Below are positions 9,787 to 21,381 of a DNA stretch of 32,000 bases, piece by piece. The notes beneath the pieces were generated by a model. It was not told the origin of the DNA. It saw nothing but the letters and a program-made list of their open reading frames with translations, and did no database searches. A program made the position numbers and the translations under genes. Every line of letters starts with the position of its first letter. The first letter of the stretch is position 1. Origin of the DNA: Zygophlyctis sp. KS116 (Eukaryota > Fungi > Chytridiomycota); the NCBI GenBank assembly GCA_054661495.1, contig BAAFSQ010000035.1:1-32000 (forward strand), written 5' to 3'.

Positions 9787-10374
9787 ATGTTGATTTTTAA
9801 GGGAACTGAAAGGATTTCAAAAGGAATACAAGACTCTTTAGACAAATGTGCACATCCAAGTGTGGTTGAATCTTTTTCTAAATACATTATAGACTCAAGT
9901 ACAGATTTGGAAACAGTTCAAGTACCTTTTTCTTCTTTAAAACAACTATTGGAAATAAATCCAGATTTAGATCTTTTTCAATTATTACAAGGATCTCAAA
10001 TAATACTAGACAAACCTCCTGTGCCAGTTAAATCTCAGAAATTACTAGATATATTAAAAGAATGTCAAGATATAGTAGATAAAAAGGAATATTATAGAAT
10101 GACAAAAGGATTAGATGGAAAAAAAGATGTTAATATGAGATTTAAAGATTTAAAATTTACAATTGGACAAGTATCATCTATATTTAATGTATTATTGTCA
10201 ATGGCGTCTGTTTTTACTGTTGTAATGTATTTTGGTGATCAGATTGGAAGTTTACCCATAAAAGTATTAGCAGCTTTAATTTCTGCTTGGATAGTTGGAG
10301 TAGCTGAAGGATATTTTTTATTTAGGGATTTATTAGAAATTCAAGATCAAGAATCTAAATTGTCCGGAAAATAA
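9787..10374 (+). CDS. VMA12: V-ATPase assembly factor Vma12/TMEM199
   Basis: LLQGSQI..KPP, EYYRMTK and two TM helices (IFNVLLSM...; IVGVAEG); first ATG 9787. Confidence 0.85.
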   Translation: MLIFKGTERISKGIQDSLDKCAHPSVVESFSKYIIDSSTDLETVQVPFSSLKQLLEINPDLDLFQLLQGSQIILDKPPVPVKSQKLLDILKECQDIVDKKEYYRMTKGLDGKKDVNMRFKDLKFTIGQVSSIFNVLLSMASVFTVVMYFGDQIGSLPIKVLAALISAWIVGVAEGYFLFRDLLEIQDQESKLSGK

Positions 10375-10378
10375 AAAA

Positions 10379-11263
10379 ATGTCATCAATGAGAGATGCAA
10401 TGCGAAGGTTACAAATTATTTATGATAATTGTGTGCCAGAAGCGATTGAAGCTAAAGCCGTAGAGGCAAAAATGGATGAATTTACACGACTTCGAAAGAG
10501 AATACACGCTGATGTAAAGGCTGCAAGAGAAGTAATCTTTAATTCTTTTACAATTTAGGCCATCAAAGACCGTGATATTTTAGTAGGAAGAGGTGAAACC
10601 ACTGCTCAATCTGCAGAAGCAAGTTATAGAATTCGTGTTGCGATAAAGTCTATAAAGGAATTGGTGTCTAAAATGCAAGAAATTCATAACAAGGAAGTAA
10701 GAAAAGCAAAATCAAAAGACTCTGAATTGATTAATGATCACAAGGAAGTTTTAGAATTATGTCAATTACACATTGCAGAGATTGAGAAATTGGAAAAGGC
10801 GCGAGGAAATGAAGGGTATCAGACTGATAGAGATCTATTGATTTCTGGAAATCATGATCACTTTCAATTTGATCCTAATAAGCCAGACATGCAGACTGAT
10901 GATAATATATTACCAGATATTTACATTGAAGAGGATTTAAAGCGTATTAATGCAAATAACAAGGCAATTGAAGATGATATTTACGTGATTGGGGAAGGTG
11001 TAAGCAAATTGAAAGAGATTGCTCTGGACATGAATCAAGTATTAAAATTTTTCTAAATATTTTAGGAATTGGATAAACAGCAAGAGACACTAGCTAATGT
11101 TGATCAAAAAGCAAATGATGTATTAGATCATGTAGATAACATTAACGTATCCATGAAAAAAGCCTTGGATGGATTCATGCCAGCAGATAATTTTATGGTG
11201 AATTGTGTATTGATGTGTATTATACTCGCATTTGCTGGATATTTATCTAGTCTCTTTACATAA
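10379..11263 (+). CDS. Qc-SNARE, Syp7 (SYP71)-like syntaxin
   Basis: Introns 10532-10558 and 11039-11065. N-terminal helical bundle DEFTRLRKRI..AEASYRIR, SNARE motif LKEIALDMNQELDKQ, C-terminal TM. Confidence 0.75.
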
Positions 11264-11504
11264 ATAACTTATTTTTTGTGATTAATAGTTTTCGTAGTAG
11301 AGTACGTCTTAAATCAGGTTCTTTTTCAGAGAATGTTTTTTTAGAATTTAATTTACATGATCTCTTCCAAACAATGAATTTTGAATTATACGTATTCAAT
11401 TTTAATCTAGCTAGAGTTTCATATGCACTAAATTCTACAAAATCAGGATCATAGTCAAAAAGAGCACTACATAAAATATCAAGATCAATCCCAATTGAAT
11501 TCAT
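11256..11504 (-). CDS. Hypothetical 82-aa protein with SERTA-like motif
   Basis: ATG-initiated ORF filling the gap between SYP7-like and UTP23; CKL...EPDLRRTLL resembles SERTA KL...EPxLRRSVL. Confidence 0.45.
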   Translation of the reverse strand: MNSIGIDLDILCSALFDYDPDFVEFSAYETLARLKLNTYNSKFIVWKRSCKLNSKKTFSEKEPDLRRTLLRKLLITKNKLFM

Positions 11505-11545
11505 TTCTTCTTAAAAAAACTAATCTAATCTTTGTAGTGGCTTTT

Positions 11546-12232
11546 CTAGGCTTGAATCGGTCTTTTAGATCTTTTCCGATGTTTAGATTTTATAACAGTC
11601 TTTTCTATTGTCAATGCAACCTTTTTCTTCTTTATAGAGAGAGGATTTGGTTCTTTTTTCTTTAATTTTTTTTGTACTGTTGCAGTCTCATCAACCGGTA
11701 AAATTTTCTCAACCAATTTCAATTCAGACTCTAAAGGATGCAATTTTTGAGTTTCAATTTCTAAACTCTTTCCAAGTGTTGCTCCTGATGGTGGTTCTAA
11801 AATGTAGACACTCTTATTAATGTAGAGTAAAGGAACTCCTGGAATTTCCGCTAAATCTACTCTTAAACTTTTATCCAAAGTTGCTACAGCAAATCTATGT
11901 TTATTATCTGATCCAATGATTGATTTTATACAATCCGATGCTGATAATTTTCCATTTGGATGAGAACAAAATTTCCTTTCAAAAGTTTTATAAGTAGAAG
12001 CAGTTTCCTTTAATCCCAATTCCATTAATTCCTTGTAAACACAAGAAGTTGTCATTATTTTGACTGATCCTAGTAATATTTTAGATAAATTCCTAAATAG
12101 ATCAGACTTCATTTTGATTGATGCATGCAGAAAATTCCCATCTAATAAGATCTGATAAGGAAGTCTAAATCCAAATTTACAAGTATATAAATGCATTGAC
12201 TTTTTGTTGGATTTTTGTCTTTTAATTTTCAT
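11546..12232 (-). CDS. UTP23: rRNA-processing PIN-domain protein Utp23
   Basis: MKIKRQKS, FGFRLPYQILLDGNF, TTSCVYKEL, CSH..SASDCI, IPGVPLLYI, EPNPLSIKKKK; ATG at 12232. Confidence 0.93.
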   Translation of the reverse strand: MKIKRQKSNKKSMHLYTCKFGFRLPYQILLDGNFLHASIKMKSDLFRNLSKILLGSVKIMTTSCVYKELMELGLKETASTYKTFERKFCSHPNGKLSASDCIKSIIGSDNKHRFAVATLDKSLRVDLAEIPGVPLLYINKSVYILEPPSGATLGKSLEIETQKLHPLESELKLVEKILPVDETATVQKKLKKKEPNPLSIKKKKVALTIEKTVIKSKHRKRSKRPIQA

Positions 12233-12323
12233 TTTTACTAGATCCTTGCACACTCTTATAAAGTTTTATACCCTATTAAAAACTGTATTAAAGGGATTTT
12301 AAAGCCCTTAAACCCTTGTAAAA

Positions 12324-13182
12324 ATGTCTAGACAATTCAAAGGAGCGTCTGCAACTCAAGATGCTAGATACACTGACAAGGAAAAAAAACTCTTGACAAC
12401 TTTAAAATTTCCTCTTGTTTATAAAGAAAAAGTTGATATAAAAAAGATTAATATTCAAGTTTTAAGACCTTGGATTTCTAATCAAATTTCAAGTTATTTA
12501 GGACTAGAAGACGATGTTGTAATTGAATATGTGTACTCTCTATTGGAAGAAAATTCATTATCTGCTCTAGATCCAAGAAGAATGCAAATTCAATTAACAG
12601 GATTCTTGGAAGATAATACTGTCAAATTCATGATTGATTTGTGGAAATTATTACTTTCTGCACAAAATTCTATTGGAGGAATTCCACAGGAATTTTTAGA
12701 TGCTAAAAAAGAAGAAATTAGGAAAAAAATGGAACATGATAATATGCTAGAAAGAGAATTAAGAGTATATTTTAACTTAAATTTACTGGTAGAATAGATC
12801 TCATAGACATTCACAAGGTTCAAGACAAAGATCACGGTCTAGAGATAGAAGAAGAGAAAGATCTCCTATTGGTAAAAGAGAAAGATCTCCAAAGAGAAGA
12901 TATGATAGATCTCCTGATATTTACAGTAAAAGATCAAGGTCTAGAGATACAAGAGTCAGATCTAGAGATAGAAGAATTAGATCAAAATCCAGATCCAGGT
13001 CAAGAGATAGAAGATCAAGATCAAAATCACCTTTAAATAAAAGATCAAGAAGCAGATCTAAAAGTACAAGTAGATCTAGAGATGCTAAAGAGCATCATGG
13101 GAAATCTAAAGATTCTGAATTTCACAATAGGATCGAGTCTCAAAGACGTAACAAGTACGAACGTAATAAAGACGGATATTAA
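12324..13182 (+). CDS. PWI-domain SR-related splicing factor (SRRM1/SRm160-like)
   Basis: FKGASATQDARY, KVDIKKIN..LRPWI, DPRRMQIQLTGFL, LWKLLLSAQ. Intron 12765-12792 leads into an RS-repeat exon ending TAA 13180-13182. Confidence 0.9.
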
Positions 13183-13188
13183 TAAAAA

Positions 13189-14849
13189 ATGGTTTTTGAT
13201 GATGCAGTGTCAATATTAAATATTCCAGCCAGTACAAGAGTAAAGAATGCAATGAAAGATTCAAGTATTCAGACAAACGCTTACTGTATGACTGATAAAG
13301 AAATTCAATCAGTTTCACTAATAAACGAACAAGTATTCATGGAATTATTAAATTCATAGACACAAACTATAAGCGCAAATTCTAGTAAAGGAATAGCCTC
13401 AGATATTGTATCGTTGACTCGGTTTCTAAAGAGCGTAGAGCCAATGGTGTCACGTAACTTGATGGCGAATCTAAAGAGTAGAGCATTTCATGGTAAATAA
13501 TTTATTAAATTATGAAAAGGATATTCTGTGTCATGGGAGGAGGATATTGATGAAATTTCACTTTTAGGAATTTGTAAAGTAGACTCTGATGATATGGCTG
13601 CGATTACAAAGTTTAACATTTCAGGATCATTGATTGCAGTTGCGTAATTCATACAACTTAACTTTTAGATTTGGATGTCAGAATCATGATTCTTGGTGTT
13701 CGCATAAAGGGAAAGTTTGTGTCTGGAACATAAAGTCTAGGGATTTGGATTTTAATCGTCCATTCTTTACTACAGAAACATTGGTAATATTAAATGATTA
13801 ATACTAAAGAATTGCGTTCAAAGTCTTGATTTTCATCCGAAAATTCCTGGATTATTAGCAGTTGGGACTTTTAATGGTATTTAGAAAAATTGTAATTTAG
13901 AAGGGGATATTACATTATTCTCTGTATTTCAAGATACTTCTGTTATGACTGCATCATCTATTCATGGGGATAAGTCTCATTCAGAGCCTATTTCTACAAT
14001 CATTTGGAAAAAATCTTTACTTGACTCATCATATGAACTACTTAGTATTGCAAATGATGGAAAAATTCTAGTTTGGAATGATGGACTAAAGGATCCGTTA
14101 CGAGGGTAGTCTTTGTGATTATAAAGTTTAGATGTCTATTGACTTTAGCTGGTTCAAGGTCAGATGTTGTCTTGGGAGGTATTAACAACTTTTAAAAATA
14201 TATAGGGACTGCAATGGCCGTATCTAAACATAACTCTAATGATTTATACATTGGGACTGAGACTGGATATCTATTCAAAGTAGGAATGAATAAAATGGCT
14301 CCTGTAAATGAAAATGGTAAAACTTGAAGATTCTTAAAAATTCTAGGAACTCTCGTTTCAAACTGCATTATATTCTCGTATGAATCACATATTGGACAAA
14401 TAACTTCCCTTGATCAATCCCCTGCATATCGAAATGCTTTAGCAAGCGCAAGTACAGATGGAACTGTAAGACTTTACAGCACATTACAGGTATAATACAA
14501 TATTTTAAAACTGCAGACTAAACCTCTACATATACTAGAACCCTGTTTGGTACCATTGTCTGCAGTTTCATGGTCTCCATCGCGCCCTTGTGTATTGGCT
14601 ATTGGATCTATAAATGGATATATTTACCTTTATGATTTGAAAAGGGATCAATCTATACCATTTGTATCATTTTTAGCAGTATCTAGAAAAGGCGCTTCTA
14701 TCGTGTCTATAAACTTTAACAATAACGGTCAACAAATAGCAGTCAGTGATTCATTGGGTAGAGTTGTTTTATGGCAACTATCAACGTTTTTATCAAAGAG
14801 TCAACAAGGAGAACATCAAGCACTAGAAAAGTTGTTTGATCAATCATAA
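13189..14849 (+). CDS. WDR34: Cytoplasmic dynein-2 (retrograde IFT) intermediate chain WDR34/DYNC2I2
   Basis: Nine 25-30 nt introns (13333-13359, 13493-13519, 13644-13668, 13784-13809, 13877-13903, 14106-14131, 14179-14205, 14317-14346, 14490-14516). FLKSVEPMVSRNLMANLKSRAFHGYSVSW and AFGCQNHDSWCSHKGKVCVWN match WDR34. Confidence 0.88.
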
Positions 14850-14883
14850 TAAATTCTTGTCATGTTTACAAACAAACAAAATC

Positions 14884-15138
14884 ATGAGCGAAAATGTTTC
14901 AGAGGAACCTAATAATCCGGCCAGGTATACTCCGTTCGGAGTAGATGATTATCTTTTAGTGATCGGACTTATTGGATCTGTAATTTTAACCTTGGCAATA
15001 ACGGTATTTGTCCGATTCAGATCGAAACATGAAGAAATGGAAGATCATCAAGATGTTATCAGCAGCGATTATGAACATTATGATGTTACAAAATTAGTTA
15101 GAACTAAAAAGTCTTTAACGGGCGCTAGTAGCAAATAA
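14884..15138 (+). CDS. Hypothetical single-pass membrane protein, 84 aa
   Basis: ATG 14884; hydrophobic YLLVIGLIGSVILTLAITVFV followed by basic RFRSK; stop lies within AATAAA. Confidence 0.55.
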   Translation: MSENVSEEPNNPARYTPFGVDDYLLVIGLIGSVILTLAITVFVRFRSKHEEMEDHQDVISSDYEHYDVTKLVRTKKSLTGASSK

Positions 15139-15197
15139 ACATGACTTTTGTTCTAGGTGCCACATGAGGTGGAATGCAATGAGGTTTAGAGCTTAAA

Positions 15198-16826
15198 ATG
15201 ATTTTAAAGCATTGCAGATCAATCATTTCCAAACGATCATTACATGTGAAGCTCTTTTGTGCATCCGAAGTGATAAGCCATCCATTGAAACCTGCTTCAA
15301 TCCCTAAAGAATTCATCAATGATGCGGAAAAAAGTGGATTTACTGGAAAACTAGATGAGTTTAAACTGTATTTAATAATGCATTAATTGATCAGAATTTA
15401 TCCAGCAAAGAATCAACTTGTTGCTTTGGTGGGAGTTGGAAAAGGCGATTCTAAATCTACAAGATCTGCTGTAATAGATATTTTCTGATTTTTAGGTTGC
15501 AAATGCTATTCAGGCTTTGAAGAAGATTAACAAGGATAAGGAGTTGAATGTATTAATTCATTCTACTTTGAATATGAAACGTAATATCAATCAAATTTAA
15601 CTATTAGAGGCGGCTGAAGGGGCTGCATTAGGAGCCTACAGCTTTCAAAAGAAGGGGAATGGGTCTATTACAGGTGATTTGAATGTAGATTCATCATATT
15701 CATTTACTGGTGATGATGCAAAAATCAATATTTCTTTTGAGTCAGGAGAAAAACACGTAGCTTGGACAAATGGAATTGTGTATGCTTCGGCGCAAAATTT
15801 TGCTCGATCATTAGTGGAAATGCCTGCTAATAAGATGACACCGATTGAATTTTGCAAGGTTGCAGCGGATATTTTACAGAATAAGTCTAAAGTTTCCGTA
15901 AATGAGTATGATCAGGACTGGATTAGTTCTCAGAAAATGGGCGCATTCCTTAGTGTTACAAAGGGTTCTGATCAACCGTGTAGATTCTTGGAATTAAAGT
16001 ATGATGGATCTGCAAATACCCAGCATCCAACTGTTTTGGTTGGAAAAGGTGTAACTTTTGATGCTGGGGGTATAAGTATTAAGCCTTCAACTGATATGGC
16101 GCTGATGAAGGGTGATATGGGTGGAGCAGCAGTCGTTCTTTCATCTTTTAAAGCTGCAGTAGAGTTAAATTTACGCATAAATTTGATTGCATTGATTCCT
16201 CTCACTGAGAATTTGATCAATGGAAAGGCTACTAAACCTGGGGATGTTGTGACTGCAAGTAACGGGAAGACTATTGAAGTGGATAATACGGACGCAGAAG
16301 GTAGACTATTACTTGCAGATGCAATTTATTATGCCTCTAAAAAATACGATCCGAATTGTATAGTTGAATTGTCAACGCTGACTGGCGCTATGGATATTGC
16401 TTTAGGATACCCTTACGCTGGAACATTTACAAATAATGAATTATTATGGACTTATTTGGAAAAGGCCTCACATTCTACAGATGATTTGTTATGGAGAATG
16501 CCTCTCAATAAGGGCTATCTAGATCAAATGCAAAGTGTAGTCGCAGATTATAAAAATGTCGGCGGAAGATCTGGAGGTAGTTGTACTGCTGCTGCATTCC
16601 TCCATGAATTTGCAGCTGTGTCTGATAAAAATAATGCCAAAAAAATACCTTTTGCTCATATCGACATTGCTGGAGTATTTCATAAAAGATCAGGAAAAGA
16701 CTTTTTAGTCAATGGAATGACAGGTATGAAAATCATAAAGTTAAAAATAAAGGTCGTCCAACAAGAACTGTTATTGAATTTTTGCAAAATCTGGCAGATT
16801 CTGATCCACAATTTATATACATGTAG
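15198..16826 (+). CDS. Leucyl aminopeptidase, M17 family (LAP3/PepA-like), possible mitochondrial presequence
   Basis: VGKGVTFDAGG, MKGDMGGAA, NTDAEGRL, STLTGA, AHIDIAG. Introns 15368-15394, 15471-15495, 15581-15607, 16724-16752 (the last gives GMTGRPTRT). Confidence 0.95.
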
Positions 16827-17926
16827 CATTGCTCAATGTCCAGTTAAGAAGACTTGTTACTGCCATATAATGCGACAATGCGCCAAATAAAACAAAAATA
16901 TGCCAAATCTGATGTGAATGAAAGAATAAATCATATTTTCCTGGATTAAATCTTTAAAATTTTAGTTTACAATCAGCCTACCTCTCTGGAATTTTGAAAA
17001 TGTATATACACACACCGAGACTGTAAAACAAGACCATCAAGAGCAGTCCAACTCCCGCAAAATTACTAGTTATATCAGGAAACCCATCAACCCCATGAGC
17101 AACTGCAAAATGAATCACTGGAAGAATGACAAGAAGACTGCTAGTTATAAATAACAATGCACGTCCAGTTCTAAATCTTGGTCCTAAAAATCCTTTAAAA
17201 AATGGTCCAATCACACCAACCAAATTACAAGCTCCAATTAACGAACACCAAATAATCCTTGGTAATGTTTGACAATAGAAAAGTAGATAAATCAATGATA
17301 CTGATGATCCTGTAATCAATGCTGAAATCCCAATATAATCTAAACATGCAAAAGCAGCATATAGTTTTTGCGAATGACAAATGTGCAAATGAAATAGTGA
17401 TGAAGACAAAAAAGTAAATGAAGCTGAAAGAGAAAATATGATCATTATTGCCCTATCTGTAGCTGATTGTGATGGATGCCATTGAATACTACCTAGTGAT
17501 GCAGTTAATGCAATGAATACGATAAATGAAATTGCATGAGTCCAAATATTTCCCTGGTATTAATATCATGATCTTATACAGTCTCGTTATGAATCGTAAT
17601 AAGCGATTGCCAAACTTGTTTTATAGTATAATTTGCCCGATACCTATTGTTAAACTATCATCATTACCCTGTCAAAATAAACTGATTATCTTTTAAATAT
17701 GCAGGAATTTCCTATCCAAATCAGTTTTAAAGAATACCTCAAAAGTATACAATGGCAATTTATCAAGAGTTTTACCTTTTGGATTGAGATGATCGTGACT
17801 AAATTTGTCCATTTTGAGACTATCTGAGCTCATGGACATTGATTTTTGTATCATTCTGGGAGAAGCAGTCACAGAAGTGTCACTCATTAATTTTACAGCG
17901 GCTTCCTTGCCAAAATCGCGACTCAT
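16813..17926 (-). CDS. PAQR/IZH (adiponectin-receptor/haemolysin-III family) membrane protein
   Basis: DNQFILTGYR, HNETGNIWTH, SSLFH, LDYIGIS, IPERFNPGKYD, SHQIWH. Introns 17712-17737, 17644-17667, 17554-17579, 16952-16981. Confidence 0.92.
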
Positions 17927-18078
17927 TGTGGAAACGGAACTCAAAATAGAAAAATTTACAGGGAAAATTTACAGCTAAAAATTGAATTTGATCAGGGAGT
18001 TAAAAGCACTAGAAACAATTGATTCTCTCTACTGTCAATCACTTTAGCTGTCTAGGTGTAATTGTAGGCTCAGGATAT

Positions 18079-19613
18079 ATGGATTTATTAGAATTTTTAG
18101 ATTCAATAGACTCTCTAGAAACACTAGAATTTAGAAAAGTTGATGCTCTTTCAGCAATATTTAAAGATTATGCAAGATCAGTTGAAATATTAATAGGAAA
18201 ATCTAAAAAGACGGACAATGAAGAGATTTGTAAATTTCTTTGTAAAATATCAAGAATGTATGCCTATTCTCCTGTAAATTTCATCACAAGAATAGAATCA
18301 AAATATCAAATTCTAACAAGTTTATTCTCATTATATCAATGCTTTTATTCTCCAAACTTAAACACACTATCTAACCCAACCGTTGACCTAAAGATTAAAC
18401 TTTGGATTTTAAGAATTGCATGGATATTCATTGATGCATATAAAAAATCTAATAATTTAGAGAAATTATTAGATTTTTTATATGAATGGATTCATTATAA
18501 TACAAGTGATAGAGTTTCTTATTTAGGGAATGCATCGCTATTAGTGGATTTGGAAATATCAATGGGAATTCTCAAAAATTTTACGCAATTCTGTAATGAT
18601 CAGAGATATATTTGTATTCAAGACTCTATAGAAATTACGCTTATTAATTCAGATTTGATAGATCTTAGAAATAGGTTTATGAATTTTAAAATTCAGGATA
18701 ATTCAAGGCAGGGTTTGGAACAAGTTGTTGACTTGGAATATACATTCTCTCTTTCTCATGTAAAAGAGTTATTTCCTGATTATGGTGATGGATTCATTCT
18801 AGAGTGTTTAAAATATTACAAAAATGACGCAGAAACAGTAATTATGAAAATTCTTGAAGATGCGTTGGATGAAAAATTAAAGAAATTGGATATATCCATG
18901 GGAATTCAAAGTGAGGTGCCAGTGTCTGGTGTTCTCAAGGATCGTAAAAATATCTTTGATAATGACAAATTTGATATATTTTCTAGAAAAGTTGATTCAA
19001 GGAATATTGTGTTTGGCAAAAAAGAGTAATTTTACAAAAATTTAATCTTAGCAAATCGAAATTAAATCATGATCCATTAGACGATAAAAATCGCTCAATG
19101 ATTTTAGAGTATCAGTACGATTCTTATGATGATGAATATGATGACACTTATGACTATTCAGACATAAAACTTAAAGATACACCAGATATAGATGACATGT
19201 TAGATAATGTAACTATAGAGCCTCCAAAGATTGAGGTTGAATCTGTAGATCCTATTAGAAATTACGAATCAAGATTGGTTGGATATTTACAAAAGGATTC
19301 ATCTTTTTTCTCTCAAAATATGAGAAAATCAGTAGAAAGAGTGCAATTTTGTACTGAAACTGGGCTGACAAACCAACAAATAGAAGGATGGTACTCTTTT
19401 CTTGAAAGAAATCCTCGTAAAAAGGCCACAATTCTAGAAAAATACGAATGGCAAGGCAATACATCAATTCAAGAGAGTCAAAATGAAAAGGTTGAGCCGG
19501 TAGACTCTACAAGAACTTCAAGCCCTGCTCAAAGAGGCAAAGGTCGTAATCACGGCAGGAAAAAAGGCCATATTTATAAATTACAAAAGGGAATGGGAGG
19601 TAGAACAGATTAA
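18079..19613 (+). CDS. CUE-domain protein Cue3/ASCC2 (ribosome quality control)
   Basis: CUE domain VKELFPDYGDGFILECL, RKNIFDNDKFD, YDDEYDDTYD, QIEGW. Intron 19026-19051 joins the ORFs; ATG 18079. Confidence 0.85.
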
Positions 19614-19651
19614 AAGGTGGTTTTAAATTATCCTAGAAATTTAAAATTAAA

Positions 19652-20815
19652 TCAAAATCCTGAATAATATTTACAGATTTGATCATCTATCCGCAAGCCT
19701 GCAAACCAGCTATGATAATCAACATTTCTTTCATCACATGGTATACCAGATCCACAACTAGAGTTATTGGGTCCAGTACAAACGTTCCATACTGTCGTAG
19801 AATGGTTATAACCATAAACCACTCTGACATGATCTGCATGATTTACATTATCAGCAATCCTAACAAATGGAACTGCATCATTTTCAGAAATAACTCTAAT
19901 AATTTTCTCTGATCCAATACAACTAGCCAAATGGTTATTAAATGCAATAGATCCTATTATAGGCTGAGCATACGTATAAACAGCAAAAACAGGTAAATCT
20001 TTAGAGTAAAACTTTGAAAGAAAATATGCACTAATCATTGCTTTAGCACCGCCTAAAGAATGACCCGTGATAACAATATTATAATTTGGAACGGTTTCCT
20101 TTGCCTGTTTTAAAAGAGAAACAACTTGATCCAGTTCAATCTGCGAAATACTAGATAAGAATCCTCTAAAAAAGAATAAATCATTATCAATACTTGAACT
20201 TGAGCAATTTTGATGACTTGCATCATTATCCTTGAATATTTGAAAACTAGAATCATTGAATCCATTCAGCGTACTATCAGCAACCAATTCAAAATCTTTT
20301 TGGCTATTTGATCCTTCCCAAGACAGTACAATATTTTCTTGTGTATAAGACACTGCAACATAATATTTTTTCATGGCTTCATCATTACTTATAACAGTAA
20401 AGTTTCCAGTGAGAGGCAAACCATTCAACTCGCGATTAAATCTAGTCAATCCAATCTTTTCTTGATTAGCTTCACAGTAACTATAAGAAGCAAATAATGC
20501 AAACGTATATAATAAATCACCATCTTCTAAATCAGTAGTCTTGTTTCTTAACTCTTGTAATTCCTTTATCCGCCATAGTTGACTTATCGTATCATTAAGA
20601 GAACCTGTTTGAATAGCTCTTGTAGCAGTTTTAGACAATATATTAGTAATACATGAAAATCTAGCCATCGTATCATTAGTTTGTATCTTGTACTGTGCTG
20701 ATTGAACCTGAAGCGGTGAATCTCCAGATTTGGTCAGAAGAGACCAGATATCCCCAAGAGAAGGGAATGCATAAAGTCTCTGGACAAGTAAAATCAATAT
20801 CGTAAATAAAATCAT
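19652..20815 (-). CDS. Secreted class-3 lipase
   Basis: Signal peptide from ATG 20815; nucleophile elbow ITGHSLGGA, NDAVP Asp, C-terminal His (DYH); intronless. Confidence 0.9.
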   Translation of the reverse strand: MILFTILILLVQRLYAFPSLGDIWSLLTKSGDSPLQVQSAQYKIQTNDTMARFSCITNILSKTATRAIQTGSLNDTISQLWRIKELQELRNKTTDLEDGDLLYTFALFASYSYCEANQEKIGLTRFNRELNGLPLTGNFTVISNDEAMKKYYVAVSYTQENIVLSWEGSNSQKDFELVADSTLNGFNDSSFQIFKDNDASHQNCSSSSIDNDLFFFRGFLSSISQIELDQVVSLLKQAKETVPNYNIVITGHSLGGAKAMISAYFLSKFYSKDLPVFAVYTYAQPIIGSIAFNNHLASCIGSEKIIRVISENDAVPFVRIADNVNHADHVRVVYGYNHSTTVWNVCTGPNNSSCGSGIPCDERNVDYHSWFAGLRIDDQICKYYSGF

Positions 20816-20849
20816 TCTTCTAAATCTAAATTTAAATCGTCCGGACACT

Positions 20850-21290
20850 TTACTTGATGTCTAAAGGTAATTGTTTTCTATTCTTGAGTGAAAAAAGTAG
20901 ATACAATATTTCATCTTTTGAAGTTTCTAATACTATTCCACCAGACACAATTTCTCCTAGAATGTATTGTACTTGCAAAGGTTTAAATATAAGATCAAGT
21001 TCACAAACGTTTACAAAAACAGAATCCAGACATTCCACAAATACCTGAATCAGATCTAAAATTGCCAATTCAGATTCATTGAAATCAACAATAAATACAA
21101 AGAACAATGTAGCAAAATTCTTGAATACAACTTTATAATCTTCAAAATTAAAAAAACCCAAATTCTTGCTTGACGCTAAAGACAATAATTGTTCAAGGAT
21201 ACGAGTCTGTTCTTGTATTTTCAACGGCACATACCAATTTACTAATCTTGGCTTTCCTGTTTGATTAAATACCAACACTCCCTTGATCAT
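20850..21290 (-). CDS. APS3: AP-3 adaptor complex sigma subunit
   Basis: MIKGVLVFNQTGKPRL, ESELAILDLIQVFVECLD..F.NVCELDLIF, GGIVLET. Confidence 0.9.
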   Translation of the reverse strand: MIKGVLVFNQTGKPRLVNWYVPLKIQEQTRILEQLLSLASSKNLGFFNFEDYKVVFKNFATLFFVFIVDFNESELAILDLIQVFVECLDSVFVNVCELDLIFKPLQVQYILGEIVSGGIVLETSKDEILYLLFSLKNRKQLPLDIK

Positions 21291-21381
21291 TATCAACCGC
21301 CCTACCACTTGCAAACTATGCTATAACAACAGAACAACAGATGCTACAAAAGCAAAAAAAGACAATGACGTAACTCCAAAT

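Noticed and set aside
12793-13090. AGATC-rich repeats
   Set aside because: They are the codons of the RS domain of the SRRM1-like protein.
19652-20815. Intronless lipase as a possible horizontal transfer
   Set aside because: Composition matches its neighbours, and several housekeeping genes here (ALG6, UTP23, APS3) are also intronless.
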